Assembly (NCBI GenBank): GCA_963707915.1
Contig: OY970178.1
Location: 1,952,001-2,016,000, forward strand
DNA: 64,000 nt
Reading direction: 5' to 3'
Source: Candidatus Eiseniibacteriota bacterium
GTDB taxonomy: Bacteria > Eisenbacteria > RBG-16-71-46
Below, one piece after another: positions 32,332-42,600 of this stretch (its first letter is position 1; each line of letters begins with the position of its first letter). The position numbers were made by a program, and so were the translations under genes. Below the pieces are notes generated by a model. It had not been told where the DNA came from, did not search any database, and saw only the letters and a list, made by a program, of their open reading frames with translations.

Positions 32332-33810
32332 TCACTCGAGCCCCAGCGGGATGTAGCGGGTGTTGCCGTCGGTCGTCACCAGAAGGGTCGCGTGCGCCTT
32401 CCCCGAGGTCCGGGCGGCTTGCAGCGCCTTCGCGAAGGCCGCCGCCGAGGTCACCGGCCTGCCGCCCACCTCCTCGATCAGGTCGCCTTCCTGCAGCCCC
32501 GCCTCCTGCGCCGAGCCGCCGTCCGCGACGTCGGTCACGACCACGCCCGAGGGCGCGCCGTCTCCGGCCCTCTCTTCGGGCGTGAGGTCGCGCACCCGCA
32601 GGCCGCCGGGCACGGGCACGGTCCCCTCCGCACCCGGCGACGGGGCCCCGGCCACCGCCGCATCGGTGCGCTCGGCCAGCGTCAGCGTGATGGGCAGGCG
32701 GCGTCCGTCGCGCAGCACGACCAGCCGGATGCGGCTCCCGACCGGCATGTCGGCCACCTGGAAGCGGAACTTCTGCATGTCCGTGACGGGCGCGCCGTTC
32801 ATCTCGACGATGACGTCGTTGCGCTTGAGGCCCGCCCGGGCGGCCGGCTTGCCCTCGAGCACACCCTGGACCACCACGCCCTTGCTGTCCTTGATGCCGA
32901 AGCCGTCCGCCAGGTCGGGGGTCAGCTCGGCCAGCGTCACTCCCATCCAGGCCCGTTTCACCTTGCCCGAGGCGATGAGCTGTTCGGCCACGTGCTTCGC
33001 CAGGTTGATGGGGATGGCGAAGCTGATGCCCTGCCCGCTCGGGTTGATGGCGGTGTTGATGCCGATGGCCTCGCCGTGGATGTTGCACAGCGGGCCGCCC
33101 GAGTTGCCGAAGTTGATCGAGGCGTCGGTCTGGATGAAGTCCTGGTAGGCGGGGTTGCCGCCGAAGATGTTGAGGTTCGAGCGCCCCTGGGCGCTGATGA
33201 TGCCCACGGTCACCGTGCCGCGCAGTTCGCCCAGCGGGTTGCCGATCGCGATGGCCCAGTCGCCGATGCGCAGCTGGTCCGAGTCGCCCAGCGGCATCGA
33301 CGGCAGGTCGTGCCCGTCGATCTTGATGATGGCGACGTCGGTCTCCTGGTCGGTGCCGACCACGGTGGCCTTGAAGGTCCGCTTGTCGTTGAGCGTGACG
33401 GTGATGCCTTCGGCGTTGGCGACCACGTGGTTGTTCGTCAGGATGTGCCCCCCGGAGTCGATGATGAAGCCCGAGCCCGAGGAGGGTTCGACGCGCGGGC
33501 GCGAGGGCGGCTCCTGGCCGAAGAGACGGCGGAACATCTCGTCCTGCGGGAAGGTCGTGGCACCGGAGACCTTCTTCTTCACGTCGATGAAGACGACAGC
33601 GGGCAGAGTCCGCTCGACCACGCCCACGAACGGGCTCTCGAGCGAGCCCGGGCCGCCCGCGATCGCGGGCCGCTCCGGGCGCTGGGCCGTGGAGTCGCGC
33701 TGCAGGCCGAGCCCGGCGCTGAGGCCCAATCCGATCACGAGTCCCGCGAGGACGAGACCCGCCGCCGTGAAGTAGTGGGTGCGCGGCCGGGTGAAAGGCT
33801 GACTGCTCAT
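32332..33810 (-). CDS. degP: DegP/HtrA serine protease with two PDZ domains
   Basis: TNNHV, GNSGGPL, two PDZ domains. Confidence 0.93.
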   Translation of the reverse strand: MSSQPFTRPRTHYFTAAGLVLAGLVIGLGLSAGLGLQRDSTAQRPERPAIAGGPGSLESPFVGVVERTLPAVVFIDVKKKVSGATTFPQDEMFRRLFGQEPPSRPRVEPSSGSGFIIDSGGHILTNNHVVANAEGITVTLNDKRTFKATVVGTDQETDVAIIKIDGHDLPSMPLGDSDQLRIGDWAIAIGNPLGELRGTVTVGIISAQGRSNLNIFGGNPAYQDFIQTDASINFGNSGGPLCNIHGEAIGINTAINPSGQGISFAIPINLAKHVAEQLIASGKVKRAWMGVTLAELTPDLADGFGIKDSKGVVVQGVLEGKPAARAGLKRNDVIVEMNGAPVTDMQKFRFQVADMPVGSRIRLVVLRDGRRLPITLTLAERTDAAVAGAPSPGAEGTVPVPGGLRVRDLTPEERAGDGAPSGVVVTDVADGGSAQEAGLQEGDLIEEVGGRPVTSAAAFAKALQAARTSGKAHATLLVTTDGNTRYIPLGLE

Positions 33811-34158
33811 GGTGGATCCTCCTGTCAGGTGTCCGGCACCGGGCCCTGGTCCCCCCGTGCCGCGACGTCTGCGCGGACGGGGCGCCCGCGGTCACCCGCC
33901 GACGGCGGGTCGCGGATCGCGGGGCGCGGGCCGCCGTACGGTGCGGGCCGGAGCGCCCATGGTCATCTACCCTTAGGTTATCGCGTACCGCTTCGAGGCT
34001 GTCAGAAAGCCGTCAATTGTCCCCGCCCGCGTGGCGAACGCGGCGTGGCCTGCGCCCGCCGCGGCACCCCTGCGCCGGGTGGCGCGCAGTATACCCCGCG
34101 CCGGCCCGAGGTCACCTGCACGGTGGAAGCATCGGCCGCGGCTCGGCTACACTGCGGC

Positions 34159-34890
34159 ATGCTCTCCGAGGCCGTGTTCTTCATCTCCGACGCCCACCTG
34201 GGCGTCGAGGGCCGCGAGCGCGAGGCGGGACGGGAGGACCGGCTTCACGACTTCCTGGGCTCGCTCGCCGGCCGCGCTTCCGCCCTGGTCATCGTCGGCG
34301 ACCTGTTCGACTTCTGGTTCGAGTACCGCGCCGCCATCCCGCGGCGGCACTTCGCCACGCTCGCCATCCTCAGGCGCCTGCGCGAATCGGGCGTGACGCT
34401 CCATTACCTCAACGGCAATCACGACTTCTGGCTCGGCCGCTTCCTGGCCGAGGAGGTCGGAGTCGAAACGCACGACGGCCCCCTGGTGCTGGCGACCCAG
34501 GGCCGCCGGATCTGGCTCCATCACGGGGACGGGCTGGTCGGCGGCGACCTGGGCTACCGCGTCCTGCGGCGCGTGATCCGCGCCCCGGTGAGCATCGCGC
34601 TCTACGGGCTGCTGCACCCGGACCTGGGCCTCCCGCTCGCCCACCAGGTCTCGCGCTGGTCGCGCGACGCGCGCGGGGAGCGGCCGATCGACCCGGAGCG
34701 GCTGTGGCGCGAGATCGCGCTGCCGCGTTTCGCCGAGGGGTTCGACACGGTGATGGTGGGCCACTTCCACCACGTCCACGAGCGGCGCGAGCCGGGCCGC
34801 GAGTTCTTCGTGCTCGGCGACTGGCTCGAATCCTTCAGCTACGCGGTGCTCCAGGACGGCGTCGTGCGCCTCGAGCGCCAGGGCGCCTGA
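34159..34890 (+). CDS. lpxH: UDP-2,3-diacylglucosamine hydrolase-like metallophosphoesterase
   Basis: SDAHLG, GDLFDFW, GNHD, HGD, GHFH, LGDW. Confidence 0.85.
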   Translation: MLSEAVFFISDAHLGVEGREREAGREDRLHDFLGSLAGRASALVIVGDLFDFWFEYRAAIPRRHFATLAILRRLRESGVTLHYLNGNHDFWLGRFLAEEVGVETHDGPLVLATQGRRIWLHHGDGLVGGDLGYRVLRRVIRAPVSIALYGLLHPDLGLPLAHQVSRWSRDARGERPIDPERLWREIALPRFAEGFDTVMVGHFHHVHERREPGREFFVLGDWLESFSYAVLQDGVVRLERQGA

Positions 34891-34896
34891 GCCCGC

Positions 34897-35838
34897 TCAG
34901 AACTGCGCGGTGAACGCGACCCGGTGCGTGTCACCGAGGTCGAAACGCATCGGCACGAAGGCGTAGTCCACGCGCAGGCCGACCAGCGCGTAGCCGACCC
35001 CCAGGCTGTAGCTCGCGGCGTCGTCGTTCACGCGCAGCCCGCCGCGCAGGGTGGCGACGCCGGAACCGTTGGCCCCGCCGGCAGTGGCCACCTCCACCCC
35101 CATCATGCCGACGCCGTCGCGGCCGCGGGCGAAGCGGGCCTCGAGCGCGGTGCGCAGCGCGGCGCCGCGCGCCAGGCCGTGTTGCCAGGAGCCGCCCGCC
35201 TGCACCGCGACCGGCAGCGGCATGGCGGCGCCCGGACCGCCGTCGAGCGTGTAGCGCGCATCCCCGCCGAGATTGTGAGCGCTGAGCCCCAGGCGCACGC
35301 CGGGCAGCCGGGCCGGCACCCAGACCGCGCCGAACCCGGCCGCGTAGGCGGTCGCGGAGACCTCGGCCATCCGCTCGCGCAGGACCTGCACCGTGCCACC
35401 CACGCTCAGCCCGGGCGCGACGACGCGCCCGTGGCCCAGCGCGAACTCCAGGTCGTGGTAGCCGAAGGAGCCGCTCGCGGTCGGGTTCCCGTCCGCGTCG
35501 GTCGCGGCGATGGGCTCGGAGTAGAGCGCGCGCAAGGAGACCGCGGTGCCGCCGCCGAAGGAGCGGTTCGCGAGCGCGAACTGCTCGAGGCGCAGCGACT
35601 GCAGGTACTCGGTGTGCGTTCCCGTGAGCTGCACGCCCTTCACGCCCGCGAGCCCGGCCGGGTTCCAGAAGGCCGCCTCGACGCCCTGCGCGAGCGACGC
35701 GAACGCGCCACCGAGCGCGGCGGCCCGCGCCCCGCCCGGGATCTCCAGGAAGGCGAAGGCCGACGTGGCGCAGGTGGCGGGCCGCGCGCAGAGCAGGACG
35801 AGCGCGGCGCACGCGGCCGCGGCACGGAGTGGCTTCAT
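34897..35838 (-). CDS. PorV/PorQ-family outer-membrane beta-barrel
   Basis: FLEIPGGARAAALGGA, FWNPAGL, C-terminal LGDTHRVAFTAQF. Confidence 0.85.
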   Translation of the reverse strand: MKPLRAAAACAALVLLCARPATCATSAFAFLEIPGGARAAALGGAFASLAQGVEAAFWNPAGLAGVKGVQLTGTHTEYLQSLRLEQFALANRSFGGGTAVSLRALYSEPIAATDADGNPTASGSFGYHDLEFALGHGRVVAPGLSVGGTVQVLRERMAEVSATAYAAGFGAVWVPARLPGVRLGLSAHNLGGDARYTLDGGPGAAMPLPVAVQAGGSWQHGLARGAALRTALEARFARGRDGVGMMGVEVATAGGANGSGVATLRGGLRVNDDAASYSLGVGYALVGLRVDYAFVPMRFDLGDTHRVAFTAQF

Positions 35839-35963
35839 CAGATCCCCTTGGAGCAGGCGCCGGCCGGTCGCAGCCGCCACCACGAAGACGCGGGCGGGGC
35901 GGAGCCGGCTTTCCCGGCCCCGCTCCCTGCCCAGGCGAAGATGGAGTCTACCACGCGGATCGA

Positions 35964-37352
35964 TCAGCCCCGGCCGTGACGCTCCCCACCCTGGCCCCGC
36001 TCCGGGTTGTCCCGCGCGGGTGCCGGACGCGGGGCCGGGCTGCTCGGCGGCGGCGAGGGCCGCGACTCGTCACGCGGGCGATCGGCCTTGGGCGGCGGCG
36101 ACGAGGGACGCGCCCCCTCGCGCGGACGCTCGTACCGCGGCGACGGCGCCGACGGACGCGAGGTCTCGCGCGGCGAGCGGTAGACCGGCGCCGACCGCGT
36201 GTCGCGCGGGCGATCCACGCGCCCGCCCTCGTCAGGACCCGGGCGCCCCGCGGGCCCCCAGGTCGATCCCTGCCGGCCACCCGGGCCCGGCCGCGTGCCC
36301 TCCTGCAGCCGCCTGCCTTCCACCGGCTCCCGCACGCCCGGTCGGTTGGACCCGATCGGCACGCGCACGCCCGCGCCGATCCCGCCCCGGCCGTTGCCGC
36401 CACCGAGGAAGCCCGGCGGCAGCGGCTTGCCTTCCTTCCAGCGCGAGCCGTCGTAACGGCTCGGCGGGGCGTAGCCCGCAGGCGGCGCCGTCTTGCGGCG
36501 CGTGAGATGGCCGCTCCAGAGCGCGTTCCACTGCCGCCGGCCGTTCCAGGACGAGTAGTAGGGCCGGTCGTACGGGGCGCACGGGTAGCAGCGCGGCACG
36601 TAGCAGAAGTAGGGCACCGTGCCGAACCAGTAGCGCGGCCCCCAGCTCCAGCCCCAGTAGACGCGGAAGTCGAAAGCCGAACAACTCGTGTAGTAGGGGT
36701 CGTAGCCATCCCACCACGCCCACTGGTTGGGACGGTGGCAGTCGTTGCAGAGGTAGCGCGGGTAGCGCACGGCCTGGTGGATGTAGTACGAGCTGTAGGC
36801 GGTGGCGAAGAGCTCGGGGTCGTTGGCGTCGCTCAGCACCTGCCGGCGGATGCGCTCCATCGCCACGAACGGGTCGCCCATGATGCGACCGTCCGAGGTC
36901 ACGTCCTGGTCGTCGTCCTCCTCCCCCACGTAGCCGGCACCCTCGGCCTGGGGATCGTAGGGACGCAGGTAGCGGGGCAGGGCGTTGAAGGGCTCGCGGG
37001 AGAGGAGGGCGACGATGTAGCCCTGCCCCACGGGGCCCTGCACGACGAGCTGCAGACCCGACTGGGCGGGCGGCACCCGGTAGGTCTGCCGGCCCTCGAC
37101 GAAGCCGCTGCGGCCCTCGTAGGGATACAGCACGCGCACGTAGCCTTCCGAGTCGATGTCGTAGACCAGGAGGTAGCCGTCATCCGAGGCGCGCACCTTG
37201 ATCTGGATCGGTTCGCCGGGCTCGTACACCGCGTCCTTGCCCCGGTCGGTCCAGATGTCCAGGCCCATCGCCCGGGCCCCAGCCGGGGACGGCGAGAGGA
37301 CGAGTCCGATCGCGAGGACGCCCAGAAGCCACCGCATTCGCAACATGGTCAC
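35964..37352 (-). CDS. Secreted DUF4384 protein with CxDCH module and disordered tail
   Basis: DIWTDRG..AVYEPGE..DGYLLVYDIDSEG; YLCNDCH; Trp/Tyr-rich region then Pro/Arg-rich tail. Confidence 0.85.
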   Translation of the reverse strand: MTMLRMRWLLGVLAIGLVLSPSPAGARAMGLDIWTDRGKDAVYEPGEPIQIKVRASDDGYLLVYDIDSEGYVRVLYPYEGRSGFVEGRQTYRVPPAQSGLQLVVQGPVGQGYIVALLSREPFNALPRYLRPYDPQAEGAGYVGEEDDDQDVTSDGRIMGDPFVAMERIRRQVLSDANDPELFATAYSSYYIHQAVRYPRYLCNDCHRPNQWAWWDGYDPYYTSCSAFDFRVYWGWSWGPRYWFGTVPYFCYVPRCYPCAPYDRPYYSSWNGRRQWNALWSGHLTRRKTAPPAGYAPPSRYDGSRWKEGKPLPPGFLGGGNGRGGIGAGVRVPIGSNRPGVREPVEGRRLQEGTRPGPGGRQGSTWGPAGRPGPDEGGRVDRPRDTRSAPVYRSPRETSRPSAPSPRYERPREGARPSSPPPKADRPRDESRPSPPPSSPAPRPAPARDNPERGQGGERHGRG

Positions 37353-37894
37353 GCTCCTCCTGGAGGTCCGGGCCGTGGTCCGCCGGCCGGCCGCGAGTCC
37401 CGCGGCTGCTCGGCCGGAAGACGCTCCCGGTCCCTCTCGTCATGCCCGTTGTTCTTCCTGTTACCCGGCGTGCGCCGGGTCTTCTCCCGGACCTTCACGT
37501 CGCCGGGCCCCGAGGCCTTCCCGGGGGCCGTCCCGGCCCGCCACGAATCGTAGTCGCGCGGCTCGCGGTATCGCTTCTGGTCCCGGTACGCAGCCGGATA
37601 GCGGTATCGGCCGAACGAGGGGTTCTGTTGCTTGATCCGCACGTACTGTTCGCGGTAGACGCGGACGGTCTCCGGGTGACGATCCCACGCGTAACGGAAT
37701 CCGTGGCCCGCGCACCAGTCGTAGTAGGGATCGAGGTAGCGGTACCCGTGACAATCATAGCAGTAGTAGCTCGGCGACGGGCGTCCGGAAGGGGCGTATG
37801 ACCCCGCCAGCGGGTGGCGGGTCCCGACCCAGGCCGCACAGCCCGGGATCACGGCGAGCACGACGGCCGCGCAGGCGATCTGCGTCCAGCGCAC
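37349..37894 (-). CDS. Putative lipoprotein with CxDCH module
   Basis: Lipobox-like VIPGC; YYCYDCH; 4-nt overlap with the downstream gene. Confidence 0.75.
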   Translation of the reverse strand: MRWTQIACAAVVLAVIPGCAAWVGTRHPLAGSYAPSGRPSPSYYCYDCHGYRYLDPYYDWCAGHGFRYAWDRHPETVRVYREQYVRIKQQNPSFGRYRYPAAYRDQKRYREPRDYDSWRAGTAPGKASGPGDVKVREKTRRTPGNRKNNGHDERDRERLPAEQPRDSRPAGGPRPGPPGGA

Positions 37895-37916
37895 CAGAAC
37901 CCCCTTCCTGCCCGGT

Positions 37917-38774
37917 CTACCGGCGCAGCCAGACGATGGGCCGCCGCGGCGCGCCGCCCTCTTCGCCCGCCGGCTTCGCCTTCAGCTCGCGATTGCCCGC
38001 GTCGATCTGGTAGGCCCAGTCGAGGGTCACCTGGGTCGGGCCCACGGCGGTGATGCGGAACTTGGCGAAGTGGTTGTCACGGGTCCAGACCACGTAAGCG
38101 TGCCCAACGATGGCCTCGACCGTCCCGCTCGGCGACCAGCCCGATTCGGCATCCGGGGCGAAGTCCACGGCGTCGAGCGAGGAGACGTAGCCCGCGTCCT
38201 GGATGTCGGTGGACGTGCCGGACGCAAAGACCTGCTGGTAGGCGTACCCCAGCGAGTCCACCCAGTAGCCGAAGAAGATGTCGGCCGGCGCGTCGATGGT
38301 GTTGGTGCGCGCGAAGGCCGAGAAGTCGTAGCCGATGTTCGTCTCGTAGACGAGGAAGTTGTTGAGCACCAAGCCGGCGCCCGCAGGCCGGGGCGTGTCG
38401 AAGACATCGTCGTAGGACAGGTCGCTCTCCGCCCCCGCCCGGTTCACCGCGGCGACCGCGAAGAAGCGGGTGGCGCCGTTCGCGAGGCCGGTGACCACGT
38501 ACTCGACGTACTGGGCCCCCGCCGGGGCCGGGATGGCCGCGATCCGCGTGTACTCGCAGCCCGTCCCCCCGCAGGGCCCCTCGTAGATGCGGTAGCTGAC
38601 GACGTCGGGCTCGGTGTTCGCCAGCCAGACCAGCGTGACCTGGCCGTCCCCGGTGACGCTGAACAATCCCCGCGGCGCGGCGGGCGGGACGATGGGCGCG
38701 GTGGATTCCTCCCGGCAGCCGGCAAGCAGGACGCCGAGCAGCATGAGTGGCAGGAGCAGCCTGTTCATCGTCAT
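37917..38774 (-). CDS. Lipoprotein with fibronectin type III domain
   Basis: LLAGC lipobox; PAAPRGL..GDGQVTLVW..YRIY..AVAAVN..GAES; GGAGG RBS. Confidence 0.85.
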   Translation of the reverse strand: MTMNRLLLPLMLLGVLLAGCREESTAPIVPPAAPRGLFSVTGDGQVTLVWLANTEPDVVSYRIYEGPCGGTGCEYTRIAAIPAPAGAQYVEYVVTGLANGATRFFAVAAVNRAGAESDLSYDDVFDTPRPAGAGLVLNNFLVYETNIGYDFSAFARTNTIDAPADIFFGYWVDSLGYAYQQVFASGTSTDIQDAGYVSSLDAVDFAPDAESGWSPSGTVEAIVGHAYVVWTRDNHFAKFRITAVGPTQVTLDWAYQIDAGNRELKAKPAGEEGGAPRRPIVWLRR

Positions 38775-38826
38775 CCCTCCCGGTCGGGTGTGGTCACGGC
38801 GGGTCTGGTCGCCTGCATCATACTTG

Positions 38827-38841
38827 GCAACCGTCGTGCCA
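38827..38841 (-). promoter_or_regulatory. Sigma54 promoter of the lipoprotein-DUF4384-PorV operon
   Basis: Perfect TGGCAC-GACGG-TTGC; IHF-like CAA-N4-TTG at ~38879-38888. Confidence 0.8.
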
Positions 38842-39184
38842 TGCCACAGAGCCCGCTAGCGCCGGCGGGGCAGCGTCGCAACCCCTTGCGGATCAAAGCG
38901 GGAAACGCACGGAGTCGCCCCGGCGGAAGGCCCGCGGGGCGACTCGATCGTGCGGCCGGGACGCAGGTGTGAGCGCTGCGCCACACGTGCCTCTAGGAGC
39001 GACAGGACACCGGCCAGTTCCGGACGCAGTCGACTGCGACATCCCCCAATGTCCGCCAACTACGTCCTGGGCCGGTGCCCTGAAACCCTGAGCGGGCCGG
39101 TTCTGCGCGCTGAGATGCGAAGACCGGGTGTGCCTGGCTGCTCGGCGTTGTCGCCGGCTCGCTTCGGGTGAATCGCTCGTTATC

Positions 39185-39325
39185 CAAGCTAGGCGGGTGC
39201 AGGAGGCGGTGCGTTGTCTAGTGACTGGGGCTCGTACCCTCGACCGGGTCCCCCGCATTGCCGCCTAGCCCAGATTCTCATCCGGTGGTGCCACCGGACT
39301 TGATTGGAGGTCCCCCCCTCCGCTG
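39185..39325 (-). ncRNA. Candidate sigma54-dependent structured RNA (3' end uncertain)
   Basis: Lies downstream of a -24/-12 promoter; hairpins GGAGG/CCTCC, TCCGGTG/CACCGGA and GCTAGGCGG/CCGCCTAGC; no credible ORF. Confidence 0.4.
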
Positions 39326-39335
39326 GGCAGCGAAT

Positions 39336-39351
39336 AGCACGCGTCATGCCA
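39336..39351 (-). promoter_or_regulatory. Sigma54 promoter
   Basis: TGGCAT-GACGC-GTGCT; IHF-like TCAA-CGCG-TTG at ~39379-39389; AT-rich tract to ~39560. Confidence 0.65.
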
Positions 39352-39648
39352 TCGATTCGTCAAGCCGCGCCTATTCTCTCAACGCGTTGCACCGCAACTG
39401 AATGCGTTATGCGCCACGGCCACCGACCGACCCCGGCGACGGCCCGGAACAGGCGAAATCTATCAAGAACTTTGATGGTTCTGCGGACCATGGCCTAACC
39501 ACATGGAACGCATGGTCTTCGATGCAAAGACAATTGATAGGGCGATTGGCAACGGAAGTGCGAGTCGGAGCTCTGGCGGGACACCGGCGTGGAACGCCGG
39601 AGCGGGACCCCGGGGGGCCGGGCCGGCCCGCCGCGGGGAGGACGCGGA

Positions 39649-42600
39649 CTACGAGCGGCGGCGCTCGAGCTCGAGGGTGCGGATCCGGGAGAGCAGCGTC
39701 GGGTAGCTCAGGCCGAGCTCGCGCGCCACTTTCGCCTTGTTCCAGCGATGCCGGTCGAGCGCTTCGGAGATCACCCGGCGCTCCAGCTCCGAGACGCTCG
39801 AGCGCAGGCTCTGGCCCGCCTCGCCCGGACCCTCCCCCGGCGCCGCGGACCGCGTGGCGGGCTCGCGCATCTCGGGCGGCAGCAGTTCGATCCCGAGCTG
39901 GTCGCCCTGGTCGGCGAGCACCACCATCCGCTTCACCGTCTTGTCCAGCTCGCGCACGTTGCCGCGCCACTGGTGGGAGAGGAACAGCTGCATCACCTCG
40001 GGGCTGAATCCGCGCAGGTCCTTCTCCATCTGGCGCGAGTACACGCCGAGGAAGTGCTGCGACAGCACCGGGATGTCCTCGCGCCGCTCGCGCAGCGCGG
40101 GCACCCGCACGGTGATGTCGTTGAGGCGGTAGTAGAGGTCCTCGAGGAAGCGGCCCTCGCGGATGCGCTCGCGCAGGTCCGTGCCGGTGGCGCAGATCAC
40201 GCGCGCGTCCACCCGCTTGCTGCGCGTGGCGCCGACCGGGCGGATCTCGCTGCGGTCCAGCACGTGCAGCAGCTTCGCCTGCACCGACTCGGGGACCTTC
40301 TCGATCTCGTCGAGGAAGATGGTCCCGCCCTCGGCCTCCTCGAAGAGACCCTGCTTGTCGCGCACCGCCCCGGTGAAGGCGCCGTGCACGTAGCCGAACA
40401 ACTCGCTCTCGAGCAGCGACTCGGGCAGCGCGGCGCAGTTCACCTGCACGAACGGCCGGTCGCGGCGGTTCGACGATTCGTGCACGACCTGGGCCAGCAG
40501 GCCCTTGCCCGTGCCGGTCTCCCCCATGAAGAGGACGGTGGCCGAACTGTCGCCGACCTTCGAGAGCAGGGCGAGCAGGCCCTTCATCTCGCGCGAGGCG
40601 GTGACCACGCGCTCCATGCCGGCGCTCGGCTTCAGCTTGTCGCGCAGCTCGCGGTTCTCGACCAGCAGGAGCGAGCGCTGCGCCTCGACGATCGCCACCG
40701 CCGCGCTGTTCGCCAGCACCGCGAGCAGGTTCACATCGCGCTGCTTGAACGGCCCGAGCAGGTTGTCGTTGAGCCGGTCGACGAACACCAGGCCCACCGC
40801 CTGCGAGGGGAAGTTGAGCGGCACGCAGACCAGCGAGGCGACGCTCTCGAGCGCGTCGGCCACCGCCGCGCCGAAGCGTGGATCGGCGGCCACCCGGCTG
40901 GAGAACACCGGGCCGCTCTCGGCCAGGCGCGGTCCCACCGCCTCCTCCAGCGCGCGCAGGATCCGCCGCGCGCGGTCCCGTCCCAGCCCGTGTTGCGCGA
41001 CCACGTCGAGCCTCATGCCCCCGCTCGAGAACGCCACGAAGCCGCGGTCCCCGCCGGCGTTCTCCACGGCGAGCTTGACGGTCTGGGCGAGCAGACCGTT
41101 CATGTCCGAGGTCTCGCGGAACAGGCGGTTCGCGTCCTCCAGCGCGCGGAACTCGTTGCTGGTGGACAGCGAGACGGCGACGTACTGGCGCTCGATCTCG
41201 CGCCGCAGCGCCTCGGCGCGCCCGCCCGCAGGCGAGCCGGCCTCCAGCAGCCAGAGCTCGGCCTGTTCGAGCAGGCCCAGCGCCTGGTCGTAGTGCTCGC
41301 GCTCGGTCTCGAGGCGCGCGAGGGTGAGCAGCGACTCGGAGGCCAGCGACACGACACCGAGCTGGCGGAACAGCGTGGCCGCACGCTTGGCCGCGTCGGC
41401 GACCGGTTCGAGCGGCAGCCGCAGCCGGACGCTGGCCGGCAGCAGCAGCAGGAACTCGCCCCACCCGGCCAGCGTGGCGGCCAGCTCGTAGGTCTCGCCC
41501 AGGTCCTCGAAGGCCTGGGCCGCGCCGAGGAGCTTGACCTGCATGCCGGGCGCGGCCCCGCGCACCGCGTCGAGCTGGGCGAGGGCGCGGTCGGCGATGG
41601 CGGCCTCGATGCTGTCGCCCAGCTGCGCGGCCAGCGCGGCGCCCCGCGCCAGGTGCGCCTGCGCCTCGGACGCCCGTCCGGCCGCGAGCAGCGCGAGCCC
41701 CGTGCGGGTCTCGAGCTCCGCGACCAAGTCGCCGTGCGGCGCGGCGCGGCGCGCCTCGTCGAGCGCGGGCTCGAGCAGCGCGAGCGCCGCCATGGCGTCG
41801 CCGCGGTCCAGCGCCAGCTCCCCGAGGAACTCGCGCGCCAGCGTCGCCTCGCGCAGCGCTCCCACCGACCCCGCCAGCTCGAGCGCGCGCCGGAAGTTCT
41901 CCTCGGCGCTCTCCAGCTGCCGCCGCCGCCGCGCGAGCAGGCCGGTCGCCAGCAGCGCCGCGGCCTCGCCCTGCACGTGGCCGGTCTCGCGCGAGATCCT
42001 CAGCGACTGGCGGAAGTTCTCCTCGGCCAGGTCCCACTGCCCCAGCCGGTAGCGGATCAGGCCCAGGTTCTGGTGGTGCCCGCGCATGCGGGAATACAGG
42101 CCCGCCCGCTCGTCGAGGCGCAGCGCCTGCTCCAGGAAGCGCGTGGCCTCGCGCCACTCGCGCAGGTTCTTGTAGACCAGTCCGAGATTGTTGAGGGCGG
42201 TGACCAGCCCGTCGGTGTCGTCGATGCGGCGGAACGTGGCGGCGGCGTTCTGCAGCCAATCGATGGCCTCGGCGGAGCGGCCCTGTCGCGTCGCGCACAG
42301 CCCGAGCGTCGCCGTGACCTGGCCGACCGTGCGGTGCTCGTCGGTATCGCGCAGGACAGCATAGGCGTAGTGCGCGTAGCGGCGGCTGCGGCGGTACTGC
42401 CCCTGCTGGATGAGCGCCGCGGCGTAGTGGGCGGCGATGTTCGCCGCCTGCCGGGGGTCGCCGAGCAGGCGGGCCGCGGCGCGCGCCTCGCGCAGGGCGG
42501 CGACGGCGGACTCGTAGTCACCGCGCGCCGTGTGGGTCTCGGCCACCCGCAGGAGGATGCGGACGCGCTCCACCGGGGCGTCGGGACCGACCGCGCTCAG

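Noticed and set aside
39185..39290. c-di-AMP (ydaO) riboswitch or retron ncRNA
   Set aside because: Only GCGGGGGACCC resembles ydaO and the other conserved blocks are absent; no reverse transcriptase nearby.
38893..39498. Short ORFs in the intergenic region
   Set aside because: No clear RBS, atypical composition, and they overlap promoter elements.
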